Assembly (NCBI GenBank): GCA_002633005.1
Contig: NMRA01000008.1
Span: forward strand, 626,985-690,984
DNA from: Phoronis australis
Lineage: Eukaryota; Animalia; Phoronida
Length of the DNA stretch: 64,000 bases
Reading direction: 5' to 3'
Both the position numbers and the translations under genes were made by a program. The notes beneath the pieces were generated by a model. The model was not told where the DNA came from, searched no databases, and saw only the letters and a program-made list of their open reading frames with translations. This document shows, one piece after another, positions 50,586-63,089 of this stretch (position 1 is its first letter; the number at the start of each line of letters is the position of its first letter).

Positions 50586-52245
50586 GCCCTAAGGTTGCTC
50601 AACTCTACTCGGGTCAAACAGAAATGTCACCCGTCTGCCAGCTACACCTCAGCGCGGGTGAAGCAACAACACAAGAACCTTCGACAATGAGTTTTTTGTT
50701 TTTCAGTTCTGCCAACTTCTTTAGGCGTACTTACATTATTACTTGGCGAAATTCGATGTATGTTGCTCTGGCACTAGGTTTGTCTCAGTCTCTTCTTTGT
50801 TCGTTCCTTGAGGCGTTCGAAAAACTCTTACTTGAGACTCACCATGCACGTTACCGTGAGTCGATGCTGAACATTACTCGACCCATAATCGCCGCGTGGA
50901 GTTGTGACAACGGGGTTCAGAAGTAGAATCTGTTCATTATTAATTCATGTTACTAGCATCTATGATAAACTAAAATTCTTTGGCATGTCTCTTAAATTGG
51001 GCGTATCCTGTGTCTTTTGTCCATTATTTGTATTTAATCGAGTACAGTCAAGCCAACTTCTACCGTTTTAGTGTAGCAGATAAGTCAACTTTGCTTTACG
51101 GTGTTTCGTGTATGGGAACATCCACCCACTTCGCGCGGAAAGCGGTGCAAGTCCACAGACAGGCACACGAGATTTTATGCACTAATATACGGGGGCAGGA
51201 GGACCGGCTTGGAGCGCTTGGGTCTGCTCATGTTGGTCAAAGTCCTCCAGTAGAACTAACACTCAAAATGCACGCCTTCTTCGCTTCCACTCTTAAATGA
51301 GACAGGAAGCTCGTGCACATTGTCTCCGGGAAAACGAACCCAGTGTGGCCTGCTGGGAAAAGTGTCCTCTCCACCCTTTACTCAAGGTCGTGGGGTCAAG
51401 TCCCACTGTGGCACACTGCTAGACCCTGCTAGCGAACTCCTCAACTCGCCATCGGTTTTAATAAAGCATAAAAATGGTTCGAAGCGATGAGTGCAGTAGG
51501 CCCACCTGGGCGGCCTGCGTGCGTCTGGTACAACGAGTACAAGACCACCTACAATTATTTTTTATCAAAACAATGGTTAGATCTAAAAACGTGACAGTGA
51601 CATTTATTTTTTATCGCCTTTTCTTGAATATAGAACACAAAATGGCGAAACTTTTTTCTCAAATGACATGGAATGTAATACGACACGACTGCTTAATAAC
51701 ACCAAGCACGTTATTTTTTGATATTACATGGGCGAATCACAAAGTAGTGCAGAGTAGAAATCCACATGCCTTATATTTCATCGTCTGCAAAACACTAATA
51801 GCAACAACAATGCCGGAATTCTATAAAGGAGAAAAGGTCATGGTTGACAAATCGGGTGTCGTAACTGCAATCACTGTACCCGGTGCACGGTAAAAATAGA
51901 TTGAACAGATTTTTATTCGGAGACTAACAAAATTAACTGAAAGTGAAAAATTTGTGTAACAACCGGCAGGTCAAGCCGGTTCGTCGACTGCGACCCTAAC
52001 CAAGGCATCAAAACAAATGTACGTACTCCCAGTCGGAAGGACATGCAAACAACTTCTTAATGGGTCCATCGTCGGTGGATAATTCCATATCCCCGTTCAT
52101 TCAAACGGAGATGAACTCCAGCCATGCCCCAACTCAACATATCACGCAGTGAGACTGGATAGCTGTGCTGTCTCAATGTCAGTTCAGGGCGCACGCGCGG
52201 CCGGGGAAGCCCTGCTGACGATTAGTTATAAGTATTTAAGTTTAA

Positions 52246-53397
52246 AGTCCTTCTCTCACGCGTTGTTAACCCTTATTACATGGTTAGAGGATGTTATAAG
52301 GATCCAAGAAGTACTTACCCCATAACTAATACACAATCCGTACTCGAAAAAAGTTTAAATGAACGCACCACTCACGATTCGCACCCGAAGAACCACCGCC
52401 ATTTTGAACTTGCCGCGAATTCGGAAGTACAATTCATTCAGGAACCCAGGGCGAGAAAACGCCGCCAGTGCGACTGGAGCAGTGCCTGTACTGTTACCAG
52501 TCAGCAAACGGGGATAAAATAATCAACAACGAGCCTTAATTTTAATAAAATCAAACTACGGACAATTTTATCGAATTTGCTGAAGAAATGTGGCGAAAAA
52601 TTTTTTGACAGAAATTATTTTGCCAGACCGTCGGGACCGCAGCCTAACGGACCCGGTGCGGATCGAGACCAGACACTGGCGAACGGTAAATGCATGCGGT
52701 TGCAAGTCGAAGTAAAATGGTCAAATCATAAATGTTGCATATATTCAAGGGTAGTTTCAGACACTTGCATGAAATTACGGGCTGGTTAGTCCTGTGTCAC
52801 ACTGCCGCGGCANGCAATAACTTTACACTGCTTGCCCCGATTTTGATACTTTTTCGATTTTTACTGAGTAGAATGCACTACCTTTCCGAAGATAGCAAAG
52901 TACTTTTTCAAAACGAGAAAAAAATAAAACCGAAAAAATTGGTTCAACCCATATTGGTTCCTAGGTTCGACCGGCCTACGTAAGGAACTAAACACCAATG
53001 CTATTTTAACATACTAAGTTAGCGTAACATTCCCCAAAAAATCAACGATCACTAACTACAAACTATAAATACACTACATATGCAAACGAATCACGAGATA
53101 TTACTAATAAAACAAAATAATGAAGACTTTTCGAGCAAGCCATAGCACATTCAGTTACAAGGAAAAAATGGCGGCGTTCAGGATAAGTTCCTGAACTGAT
53201 GAGCCGGAAATGTGGGTACGGAAATAACCGATGACAGCCGGTAATTATACGCTCACAGAGAAGGGTCAAATACTGTTAAAAAATCGCTTTTGGCAAGAAA
53301 GGCGAAAAGAATATAAAGAAAGGGTGTCGAAATTAAGATTTTATGTAGTAAGTATTTTCGGATACTGGAACCACATGGGCAGTTTGAGAGAAGGACT
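52246..53397. mobile_element. Non-autonomous Kolobok-type element
   Basis: TTAA|AGTCCTTCTCTCA...TGAGAGAAGGACT|TTAA: a perfect 13-bp TIR with TTAA TSD. Internal CCGCCATTTT and AAAATGGCGG motifs. Confidence 0.8.
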
Positions 53398-54339
53398 TTA
53401 ATGGTGAAACTTCAAAGAGTGTTCATTAGATTCTAACTTGAACATTTATTACAAAAGCTAAATGTAATTTATAATTGTCAAGTTTAAAACAAAATTATTA
53501 ACAAAAAGTAGCTGGGTTTATTTCGCATTGGTCAAGCGTGTTTTTACAAAACTTGCGTCATGTGGTTGAACGTTCTAGACGCGTCGAGTTTTTCGGCAAA
53601 AAGGTCGTTTTTTATGGTTCATGTGATAAACAATTCCTTCAATCGTCTCAGGTTCATGACATGGGCAAAATCTCCTGGAAATTTCATTAAAATCTCTAGG
53701 CAAACCTCGGGATTTTGACTATATTTCCAAGAGGTTGTGCCCATAAACCTGTCACAAACCCGAGACGAGTGTACGATTCTCTATATCAACATTCCTATTT
53801 GTGAAAGAGACAAGTTTCCTTGTTTAATGCATTTTCACAAGTTTAGACACCAGTATTTTACATTTCCTAAAGATCAGACTCGTATATTTTAGTGCGACGG
53901 ACGCGACCCCTATTTGATGATAGACAGACTATTACATGAATTAGTTTTCCTTTTCGACAAGGAGTTCAGTGGCGACACGATGGGATTAACTTGTGACAAG
54001 TTACTAAGTAAGTTGAATCCAGTGTGTTGTCTTAGTCACTGACTCAACTTGCTTTGACACAAACACTCAGTAGCAGTTTCGTCGATGGCGTCACCCACAC
54101 ATTTTGTTCACGGCATTTCCTTTCATGAAACAGATGCCTCAATGATTTTAGATGAGACCAACTTTGAATCTTAAAATTACTTTTCAGGCAAATGATCCTG
54201 TTTTCCACTTCCCCATGGGTTTTTGAAGAGATAGGAATGCTTGTGTCACTAGAACAGTTTACTGTGACGTAGTTTATCAATAGATGGCGCTTCGTGTTTC
54301 AATGATACATTCACATCTTCCTTGGATAATTGTGATATT

Positions 54340-54668
54340 CTCACTGTAATATATTACCACAATACATTATACACCGTAACACTCTTTAACGAGTCCTACA
54401 TGCGTGTTACAGTGCCCACAATGAGACGCCCTTTTCTTTGAGCAAAGAAAACAAAAGTGAAGTCGCGAGACCTAAGAGTTCTGGGATAGCGGTACTTTCA
54501 TCTGAGGAGCGAAATACAGATTGCCGCTAGTGTCAAAGCCGAATATAAGCGAAAATCTTGGCAACAAAAGTAAACATAGACTTGATCCTGGAGTGTACTG
54601 AAAAACGCATGTAGGACTCGTTGAAGAGTGTTACGGTGTATAACGTATTGTAGTTATATTACAGTGAG
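54340..54668. mobile_element. MITE with about 70-bp TIRs
   Basis: CTCACTGTAATATA...TTATACACCGTAACACTCTTTAACGAGTCCTACATGCGT and its inverted copy ACGCATGTAGGACTCGTTGAAGAGTGTTACGGTGTATAA...TATATTACAGTGAG. Confidence 0.8.
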
Positions 54669-55828
54669 CTGCAAAGATGTAGGCTAACGGCTTGCATTTA
54701 ATAGATTCTTGAATGCTGTTACGGCGTTTGGAACGGGTAGACGCGGCGAGAAAGGTATGATAATGGGACAAATCTTGGTATTCTTTTCTAAATTATGTTT
54801 AGCCTGGCTGGTAGAGCGTTGAGGAGTTGAAAAAAACACTTTCTTGGAGCAGAGGCGAAAGTTGAAATTAGCGAAACAGCGGGTCTTTTTAAGAAGAAAG
54901 CATGATAACAGACGTCGCTATCCTGAATGTCAATGAATATTGAGAATTGATGATACAAAAAGATTCGTAGAACAAATAATCAATTTAAATAAAAAAAAAC
55001 ATTTATTGTTTCTAATTCACAGGCAAGAATTTAATCACATCACAGACAAATATATATATTTAAAGAGTTCTCACCGTGACCCCGGATGTGTCACAAATAA
55101 TCTTATTAATGCCTAGATTTAATAGTGTTTAGTATACCTGTTGGTAATAAACAAACCAAAAATTTTACAAAAACATTTTTCTGTTATCGGGGTTGTTCGT
55201 AATGGGTGGAAGGCCGTCTCCGCCTTTCTTGTTTTTGTCAGTGCGATACTGAGGAGCCGTGAGGAAAGTCAGGTAGAGCCGCCTTTTACAGACACGAAAA
55301 TGTGTGTTTGTGGGGCTGTAGTAAAACAGAAATTTGACACAAAACGTATCTTTGTTCAAATTTCCTAACAATCGCTTTGTGTGCCGTACGAGAGTGCGTA
55401 ATGACCATGTGAAACATATGATTCGGTCCGTGTTTCGTCCTTGAGGTCGAGTGCTACTGCACGTAGGCTTATGCATTGCGTTAAAGACTGTGCTCGTTCC
55501 ATCATTGCAATAGCGAATACGAGTGACCCAGGTTTACTGTGGCCTTTGTCAGTGATTAATAAGAGTCTCTTACCCAGTTCTAGCTCAAAATCGTCCTCGT
55601 CTTCCAATCTGCTGTGTTCCGCCTTTTGCGATTGTCAAGAGACCAAACGTCTTCCTCCCGTTAAGCTTCGGTGTTTCACACTCGCATTTTGTGGGGCGTT
55701 TATCTATTGCATACTACTGGTAGGCAGCATCATTAACGGGCCCTAACGGGTTTTAAAAAGGATATGCCATTTTTAGCGACACGACTGACTGCGTAACCCG
55801 TGATCGCAAAGTGTACTCTGAAAAAGAA

Positions 55829-55920
55829 AGGCTTCGGCGTGATTCGAACACACGATCTCCTGTTAGCTCATGTCCCATTTCCTACTAGACAGGCGCTTTA
55901 ACCAACTAAGCCACGAAGCC
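55829..55920 (-). tRNA. tRNA-Thr(AGT) with an 18-nt intron (55865-55882) at canonical position 37/38
   Basis: GGCTTCG TG GCTT AGTTGGTTA AAGC G CCTGT CT AGT A [GGAAATGGGACATGAGCT] A ACAGG AGATC GTGTG TTCGAAT CACGC CGAAGCC T. Perfect 7-bp acceptor stem, A and B boxes, anticodon AGT at 55886-55884, and a Pol III terminator TTTCTTTTT immediately downstream. Confidence 0.93.
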
Positions 55921-56055
55921 ACATGAGTTGTCAACTCTAAGCTTGTTTACTTCTTTGAGAACTGGGAGGTGAGTGGACTCTCGTGCTATTCGTTCATGTT
56001 GCCTACATACTTTCGAGATAGCTGACACTAGAAAAGACAAGACGTTTCGGCTTAC

Positions 56056-56395
56056 CAGTGGCGGATCTACGGGGGGGGGTTCAGGGGACTTAAACCCCCC
56101 CCTTGGGCCAGGACCCAAAATTAAAAAAAAAAACAAAAACGTCATCAGCAAAACAAAAACGACATCACCAGCGTGTGTAAACCCCAAGTAAACCAACTTG
56201 GAAAAAATTGAGGGGAGGGGCGGCGGGGGGGCTCACTCTGAAAATATATTTTTTTGCATTGTAAATTGCTGTTATGAAAATCAACGCATTTTGAGTCTTC
56301 GTGGCTCATCGGGCAAAACTCGCGGAGATCAATTGTGCGCGCGCTTCCGTCGACACTTCTGAAGTAGCCAAGCATTTTAGATGGATCCACCGCTG
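56056..56395. mobile_element. GGCGGATC-type MITE, related ends
   Basis: CAGTGGCGGATCTA...GGATCCACCGCTG terminal inverted repeats with G/C homopolymer runs inside. Confidence 0.7.
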
Positions 56396-57099
56396 AAAGA
56401 GCACCTCTACAGCTGATTTCTTTGCGCAACTAGCTGCTTTACTTTAAGATATGTTTTGTGGTGCCGCAATCCTGATATTCAGGCAAATTGACATGCAACG
56501 TTTTTGCCTCATCTGTCATGCCGTGTCATCCTATTAGACCCCACACGTTTGTAACTCGAATTTGACTGGTGTATAGTAAAGTTGTCTTGCGCAATACATA
56601 CAGTGTACATGTACATGTAATATTTTTGAAAAGAACTCGTTTTCCGAAGAATTGCTATTGTCGCGGGCGCCGTGGTCTGATCGTGGAACCGTTTGAAGAT
56701 GCACTCTAACAAGTTATGTCTATACAAAGAATGACCAAGGGGGCACTCACATTGACAAAGTGACCGCATTTGCGAACAGTGTACAGTACCAGAAATTGCG
56801 GGGGCTGTATTTTTACAGCAAAGTCTTGCGGGACTCGTGCGATGTTCAATAGGCCTCCTAAGGGGCTTTAGTTCCTACCTCAACACCTACCGTCTTTCTA
56901 CCTGCAATAAGCACCACTGCCGTCTTCTATACTGGGAATTTCCGCAGAAAGGCCCACCCGATGAAACGCCCATGCCCATGGGCATTTATTTGATGTTAGT
57001 ACTTGGGGTTTCAAGCGTTCAGACATTGGGACGTTTATTCCGAAAATGGCAAGAGATGCAAATAGGTCCTGGGATACATCGTCTAGGTTTAAAGTAGTT

Positions 57100-57690
57100 C
57101 ATGATCAACGGATCAAATTTAGTTGCGCATGTAAGTCTTTTGAATGGACTTGGCAACCTCAGGGGGCTTAGTGCCAATTGAGCTGCCAAACGACATTGTA
57201 GAGGCTTACAAGCTCATTGACACAGCAGTTGACGAAGTGCAAGCATTGGGAACAAACATCGAAGATGTCTGGGTAGAATGGTTCCAAGACGAGCAAACCA
57301 TTGGATCCGATATACAGATTCCTCGGCAGTCCAGACAACAGCGGGATAGGACTAACGTTCCTGGAGAAATACCCACGTAATAAGTTATAATTCTACACAG
57401 TTTGCACATAATGTTGGTTTTTATGCTTGTGTACAATGAAAACGAAAGAGAAATTATTTTTGGTCATGCCAAATTTACCCAATACAACAGAGGGTCTACG
57501 AGCGCACAAAAACTGATTCTGGTTTGTATTTCCACTTGGCTCTATCTGCTTCATATCCAAAATTAATTTCACGTAGTGCGTAGTTAAATTTGTGCTCAAT
57601 AGTTGTTTCTTCCAGTGAGTACTTCAGAACGGTGCAAAAAACCCTTCTTAGACAACCTCTCGCAGCAGTTGACGACCAGATGTATAAAAT
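57100..57690 (+). pseudogene. hAT-superfamily transposase remnant
   Basis: ...EAYKLIDTAVDEVQAL...WFQ...IQIPRQSRQQRDRTNVPGEIPT* and later KPFLDNLSQQLTTR. These resemble the PR...Q..R.N.P...YY...PFLD.L...L..RF region of hAT (THAP12/ZMYM-like) transposases. Stops present. Confidence 0.65.
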
Positions 57691-60401
57691 ACACGTATGA
57701 GCAACCGCTGGGCATTAAAAAGTGTCTAGAGAGAGGTTTTCAATTCAAAAGTTTTTGCATAGTACGCTTTAGGTCTCGCGACGGACCAGGCCAGCTTGAT
57801 TTGTGTAGATATTGAGTTTCAGTGTACTTGTGGTCCCTCGACGAACTAGTCTAACTTGTGTACCAAAGTGTGCTTTGTAAAACTATTTATCTCAGCCAGT
57901 ACTGTTTGGTCCCGCAACAGATCGACTATTTTTATAGAGATAATAAGCACAGGTGTACTTTTGATCTCGTGACGGACCAGGCCTTTTTGTGTACTCTCAG
58001 TGTACATCTGGCCCCTTTGCGAACTGGTCCTGTTTATCTTTTCCCAACGATGTACAGAATGTTTTGGTTTCGTGAAACTGTTTTCAGATGATTCGTTTCC
58101 AGACCTACATTTGACGTTTTTCAATTGTTGTCAACGCGATTCAGCTTAATAAAGTGATACTTAATTGTTTATTGCTTTTAATAATGTACTATGAGCTGAG
58201 AGCACCATCGTTTGTCAGTTTTTCTCATAACGAGACAGAACACATGTTTATTTCCAGACTAACAGTACAGGTCTTCGTTCTTAAACAACTTGAGGCTGCT
58301 GTTTCGCGATCATCTGATATTCAATTTTTTACTCCCCGTCGGTGCTCCTTATGCTCTTGAATATTTGGTAGTTGTCTAAACCCACACACACACCGCACTT
58401 TTTCATATACGACTTTTCGTATGCTAAAAAGGTGTGTATAAGCAGATGTTCCAACAAAAATTTTTGCAGGTGGCGTGACTCATACCCGGATGTGGGGGGC
58501 TCTCGTTACCGTTTTATTTCTTATTTTTTCTTAGTCGATAGATTTCCCGAGCAGAAGGTTCATGCTCCGGGCCCCTGCAACTTTCGGGACACCTGTACAC
58601 ATACAACCGCGCTCTGCCCAATTCCCCAAGGCAACATGGGGTCCCTGATCCGCCACTGGAAGAGTACTACAAAACGTCACCACTAGTTTCTTCAACATCA
58701 GTATGATCATCACTAATGTCTCGCAAAAATTGTTGCTGTTCTGGTATTGTAATTAGTGCACGGCAAAGATCTACCAAAGTTTGGTGAACTACAATAAGCA
58801 AACACTAAAACTGCAGTTCAGTGTGGGAACGTCAATAGCGCAATTAGTTGACCTGTCAACTGTGCTTCTTCTGCTAGATCGCACAGTGAACCTTTTATGT
58901 TCACATAGTGATAACTAAACCGTTTCAATGATGTTTTTCGTTTTAAAATTGTTTCAATTGATACTACAGGTACGCCAATATCGTCCGCATTCGTCGCGAT
59001 TCTACTCGGGGATTCCATTGACAGGGAATTTCCCTGAGTATGCATGACAAGGGAGATAAGTCTTTATTTTGATACATAAACGAGTCGACAAATACGGATT
59101 TTCTCATCTACAAGGATTATAATTATCATTTTTAAGAACTTATTGCTAACTGCTACAAAACTCATTCAAATTACAACAATGACGAAACGTTTTTCTGTGG
59201 TTTATTTGGCGCGGATACGAACCGATATGATCTCGCGAGATCTCGCGAGATCCATCCTCATCACCCGTTTTTCGCGGTATTTTGTAAAAGTGATGTGCCA
59301 TATGTGAAAGACTAGTAGCCAACCGACTAGAGCGACGTCTTTCGTGAAAATGGGCNCGTATCTTCTTTGTAGAAGAGTGTCTGGGAATCCCTGCATTCCA
59401 AAAATAGAATCATGATTTTCGACAACAGATGTCCTTGCTGCATACCTGGATTGGCTCGTTGACATTGTCCCGCTCCCTGTTTCCACAGGGCCACTTTGCA
59501 GTATAGGTGGCGCTGTGTCAGAGGGTAGTGCCAAATGTGAAAGACTAGTCGCCAACCGACTAGAGCGACGTCTTTCGTGAAAATGGGCTATCTCCCAGTG
59601 TTACACATGCGTGCACTCAGGGGGGGCTCAAACTAGCCCACCATTTGGCGGGGAAAAAGGTCCGGCCTCAGAGAATCAAAAACTCCGAAAAAAGTAGAAA
59701 ACGGTACAAAAGTCCACTAAAAATGCAATAACTGCCAAAATTCGGCGAATGCACAATTCATAGCTCTGAACGTACTCCGTGAAACTTAACAAAAGGTTCA
59801 CATTCTCAAAAATTCGAACCCCACCATTTTTAGGCTGGGTGTGCACATGTTACTACCAAAATTTTGAGTCTGACCAGGTCTCTACTGCAAATGATGAATG
59901 CAGATGGTAACGGGTCTCTGTAACCTGCAGAAACAGAAAAGCAACAGGATGAGCAACAGATTCCTGCTTCCCGAAATACTGGATGGAAATGGAACACCAA
60001 AACACTATGTTGGTTGGCGTTTCTCTCACCAAAGCATTAAACAAGAATGCTTTGGAAGTGAAGCAGTTTAAGTGAAAACTGCTAAAGGTAACAAAAATAT
60101 TAAACCACATGGAAAATTCCTCAAATAGGCTGGTAGACTTGCTGAGCGTGAATAGTGAAATTAAACCACAGTGGCTGTTGCAATCATGGGCCCGTATAAG
60201 CCCTAAGAAACGTGTCGGGCTTTCTGTTTTGTGTACTTTATTTCGCAAAATTCCGACACCACTGTCCCATTATTATTACTAAGATGAGAAATATTTCTGG
60301 GTTTGCAAAGAGCTAACCGTTCATTATTCCCCACATGTTCGGCGCATAAAATGCCACGCCGTGACAAGTCCTAATTTGTAGAGCCTGGGTAGAGTTCCTA
60401 A

Positions 60402-60532
60402 TAACGCTACCTAGGATATACGCTCGGACCTCGCTAAAACCTAGCCAAAATCACGAGTTCTCATTTAAAATACACGGCAATATCTCACGTAATCCCGCGA
60501 AGTCTTGCTATTGAGCGAGGTCCTAGCGTTAC
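60402..60532. mobile_element. MITE family A, copy 5
   Basis: TAACGCTA...GGACCTCGCTAAAACCTAG...GTTCTCATTTAAAATACACGGCAATATCTCACGTAATC...GCGAGGTCCTAGCGTTA. Confidence 0.75.
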
Positions 60533-60559
60533 ATATGTCACTGGTCTTCAGTAACACCG

Positions 60560-60720
60560 TATTCACGCAGTCGCCATTTTAAAAGTGAGCCTCCTCACAG
60601 GTTTTAAAAACAATGCATTTTGCGCTTAAATACAGCGCAAAGCGTGATTTCTTCGCGTACCTCGTTATATTCAATTTTCAAATGCATTGTTTTTTTAAAA
60701 TGGCGACGACTGCGTGAATA
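60560..60720. mobile_element. Small hairpin MITE
   Basis: TATTCACGCAGTCGCCATTTTAAAA...AAAACAATGCATTT / AAATGCATTGTTTT...TTTTAAAATGGCGACGACTGCGTGAATA. Confidence 0.75.
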
Positions 60721-62873
60721 AGGTCTATACTACAGGAATGGACCAAATTAGTGTGTACGTTGATCAATAGACGGCACTGCATAAGTGCACAATACCACGA
60801 ATTGATATCGGCAGGTAAGCGGAATTATTTAAAAGTGACCAGTGCAAGGACATCTTTGTGCAGACAAAAGTTCATTTCATTGAAGAAATATTTAATTTTG
60901 TTTCATCTTTATTTACTATTCTCCGGAAATGGCCGCGTATACCCGCAGGTGACCTCCATACGTGTTTACAAACATCCGTAAACTCCTGATGAACAAACGT
61001 CATGCATATAATTACATTTGTAACTGAAGTCAAGGGTGTATAGAGGATGATCATTTATTTACTTGACGTCTCGACTGTCACGCCTCTAATCATTTTTGCT
61101 TATTTTTTATAGTTTTGTTTATTATTTACTACAAAATAATGTGATGAACCACAATTTATTTTGCATTGTTCAGTTAGTAAAAAAGTTTTTCTGCAAATCC
61201 CAAAGTGAACATATCGCTTCATCATAGGATGAAATTGCGCTACTAGTGAACGTTTCTTATTTGCCTGTGTTTTATCACGGATTGAATCACGTCGGGCTTT
61301 GCTAACATTCCTCTAACTGTGCTGAATCTAACTGTTAAAATCCTGGGGTCCTTTGGATAAACGAAGGTGGTGTTCGATAGTCACTCTCAATTATTTAGGT
61401 CTGACGTCAGTTTGGTGTCGCTAGGACAGCTGTACAATATGAGTCTACTTACAACCTGGAACACAACAAACAAAAACGGCTGTAACACAATCGACACTAT
61501 AGTCTCGATGTAAAAATGACGTTCACTGTTCACCGGTTGGTGCGCATGGTGCACGTGTTCGCATAGTGCAAAAGTCATCTCCGATCGCGAATGCAAAAGG
61601 GCGGTTAAAGTTGTAAAGTACTTCTTTAAGATTTTTTAAAATGCCTCAGACAATGAACGCAATATTCTCATACACTCTCGAGAAATTTTATTATTTATCT
61701 CATTGAAATGTCCGACTACCCCAAAGAGTGCATACTTGTAATAGGAGAGGAAGATGTCTCTAAGTGATTAGTACAAACACATTTAAAGTTGCGAGGAAAG
61801 TATTGTACTAAAAATACAACTGACCCTTACTTGACCTTGTTTGTCATCACGTAAAGGTGTACCCGAAATGGCGAATCGGGAGGAAATATTGCCGGAAATG
61901 ACGTAACTCACTTGACAGACAAGACCGATTGAGCATGTGTGGTAACATTAATGCTTACAGCGACATATTCGGACAATATTTCATTCATTTTTCATCATTA
62001 AATTCTCTTAAACTTTTCAATAGCTGCGGTCTCACATATTGAATCTGTCGTAGTTATCAAAGGTGAAACGATACCTAATGTCGAGTAGCTTAATGCGACA
62101 GTATTTTTGACTAATAGTACTACAGTCTGCTGCAAACTACCTATAAATAAATTGTATATCTTAATAAAACGTTCCATTGCTAAATGATAACCCTTGTGAT
62201 AGCGTAAATCAAAAATATTTGTATCAGCTGAAAAATAACTTAATTGGCTGCGGTGATGGTTGCGAACAGTTGCCATTTTTCCGAGTGAATAAGTTGATCA
62301 TATAAAGAACTTCTTCGCTTGGTCGGAGAGCGTTATTAACGGAATAATGAAATTGATAGTAAGAGTGTAAAATTGCTCTTTATTTGCACATGATTTAATT
62401 ACCGGTCGTGTATTGAGAGCTAATTAAAATCTATGCAGATATCTGGGCCGATAATTTGTCATGATGAGGGAGTTGATTCGATTACAGCTAGTGTTTTTCT
62501 TGGTGGATTTCCTTAGAGAAATATAGCTGATATTATCTTTCATATTTTAAATTAGGTCAGCCAGTTGTGGCAAATATTTTACACTCATTCTTATACACTG
62601 TCATGGTTGATCAACCGACAAACACAGTGGTACATAACTGAACAACTAGAAAGCACAGAGACAATACAGACCTCTGTTAAGGCATTGTAAGTCGGTTGTT
62701 CAAGACTTTAGCACAACTATATTTTACCGGTGTTCCGAAGCGTTATTTTGCTGTAGCTACAGGTAAATAACTCTTCCGAAACGGATTTCATTTAAAACGA
62801 CTTTGAAAGACCTTTAAGCCGTTGGCATTCCAAAATACGATCGATTGGACTTAGACCCCTATCCAAACTAATA

Positions 62874-63089
62874 GTTGGCCAAATGGGTGAACGTTACGCA
62901 CGTAAATTACGTGGGTAAGTTAATCCGTGTTAAAGCCATAAAGTAATTATTTGCGACGTAAAATAATTGCTTTACGTTGCAAATGATTACTTTACGCCGT
63001 AAAAGTAACTTTACACCGCAAATAATTACTTCACGCCTCTAACAAGAATTAACTTACTTGCGTAATTTACGTTCACCCATTTGGCCAAC
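62874..63089. mobile_element. Palindromic MITE
   Basis: GTTGGCCAAATGGGTGAACGT...ACGTTCACCCATTTGGCCAAC (perfect 21-bp TIR) with further internal symmetry (CGTAAATTACG, AAGTAATTATTTGCG). Confidence 0.8.

Noticed and set aside
51380-51412. B-box-like GGGGTCAAGTCCC as a tRNA or SINE head
   Set aside because: No A box, acceptor stem or anticodon arm.
55400-55460. GGACGAAAC (minus strand) as a hammerhead ribozyme core; also CTGATGAG at 53196 and 32625
   Set aside because: No CUGANGA and GAAA boxes are joined by a proper stem II in any of these places.
55730-55760. CCCTAAC as a telomerase RNA template
   Set aside because: Only 7 nt, shorter than the expected ~1.5 repeats, and no pseudoknot or H/ACA domain could be supported by eye.
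59302-59588. 54-bp direct repeat (59302-59355 and 59535-59588) suggesting an LTR or TSD
   Set aside because: The first copy ends at an N (59357), so it is most likely a contig-overlap or haplotype artefact.
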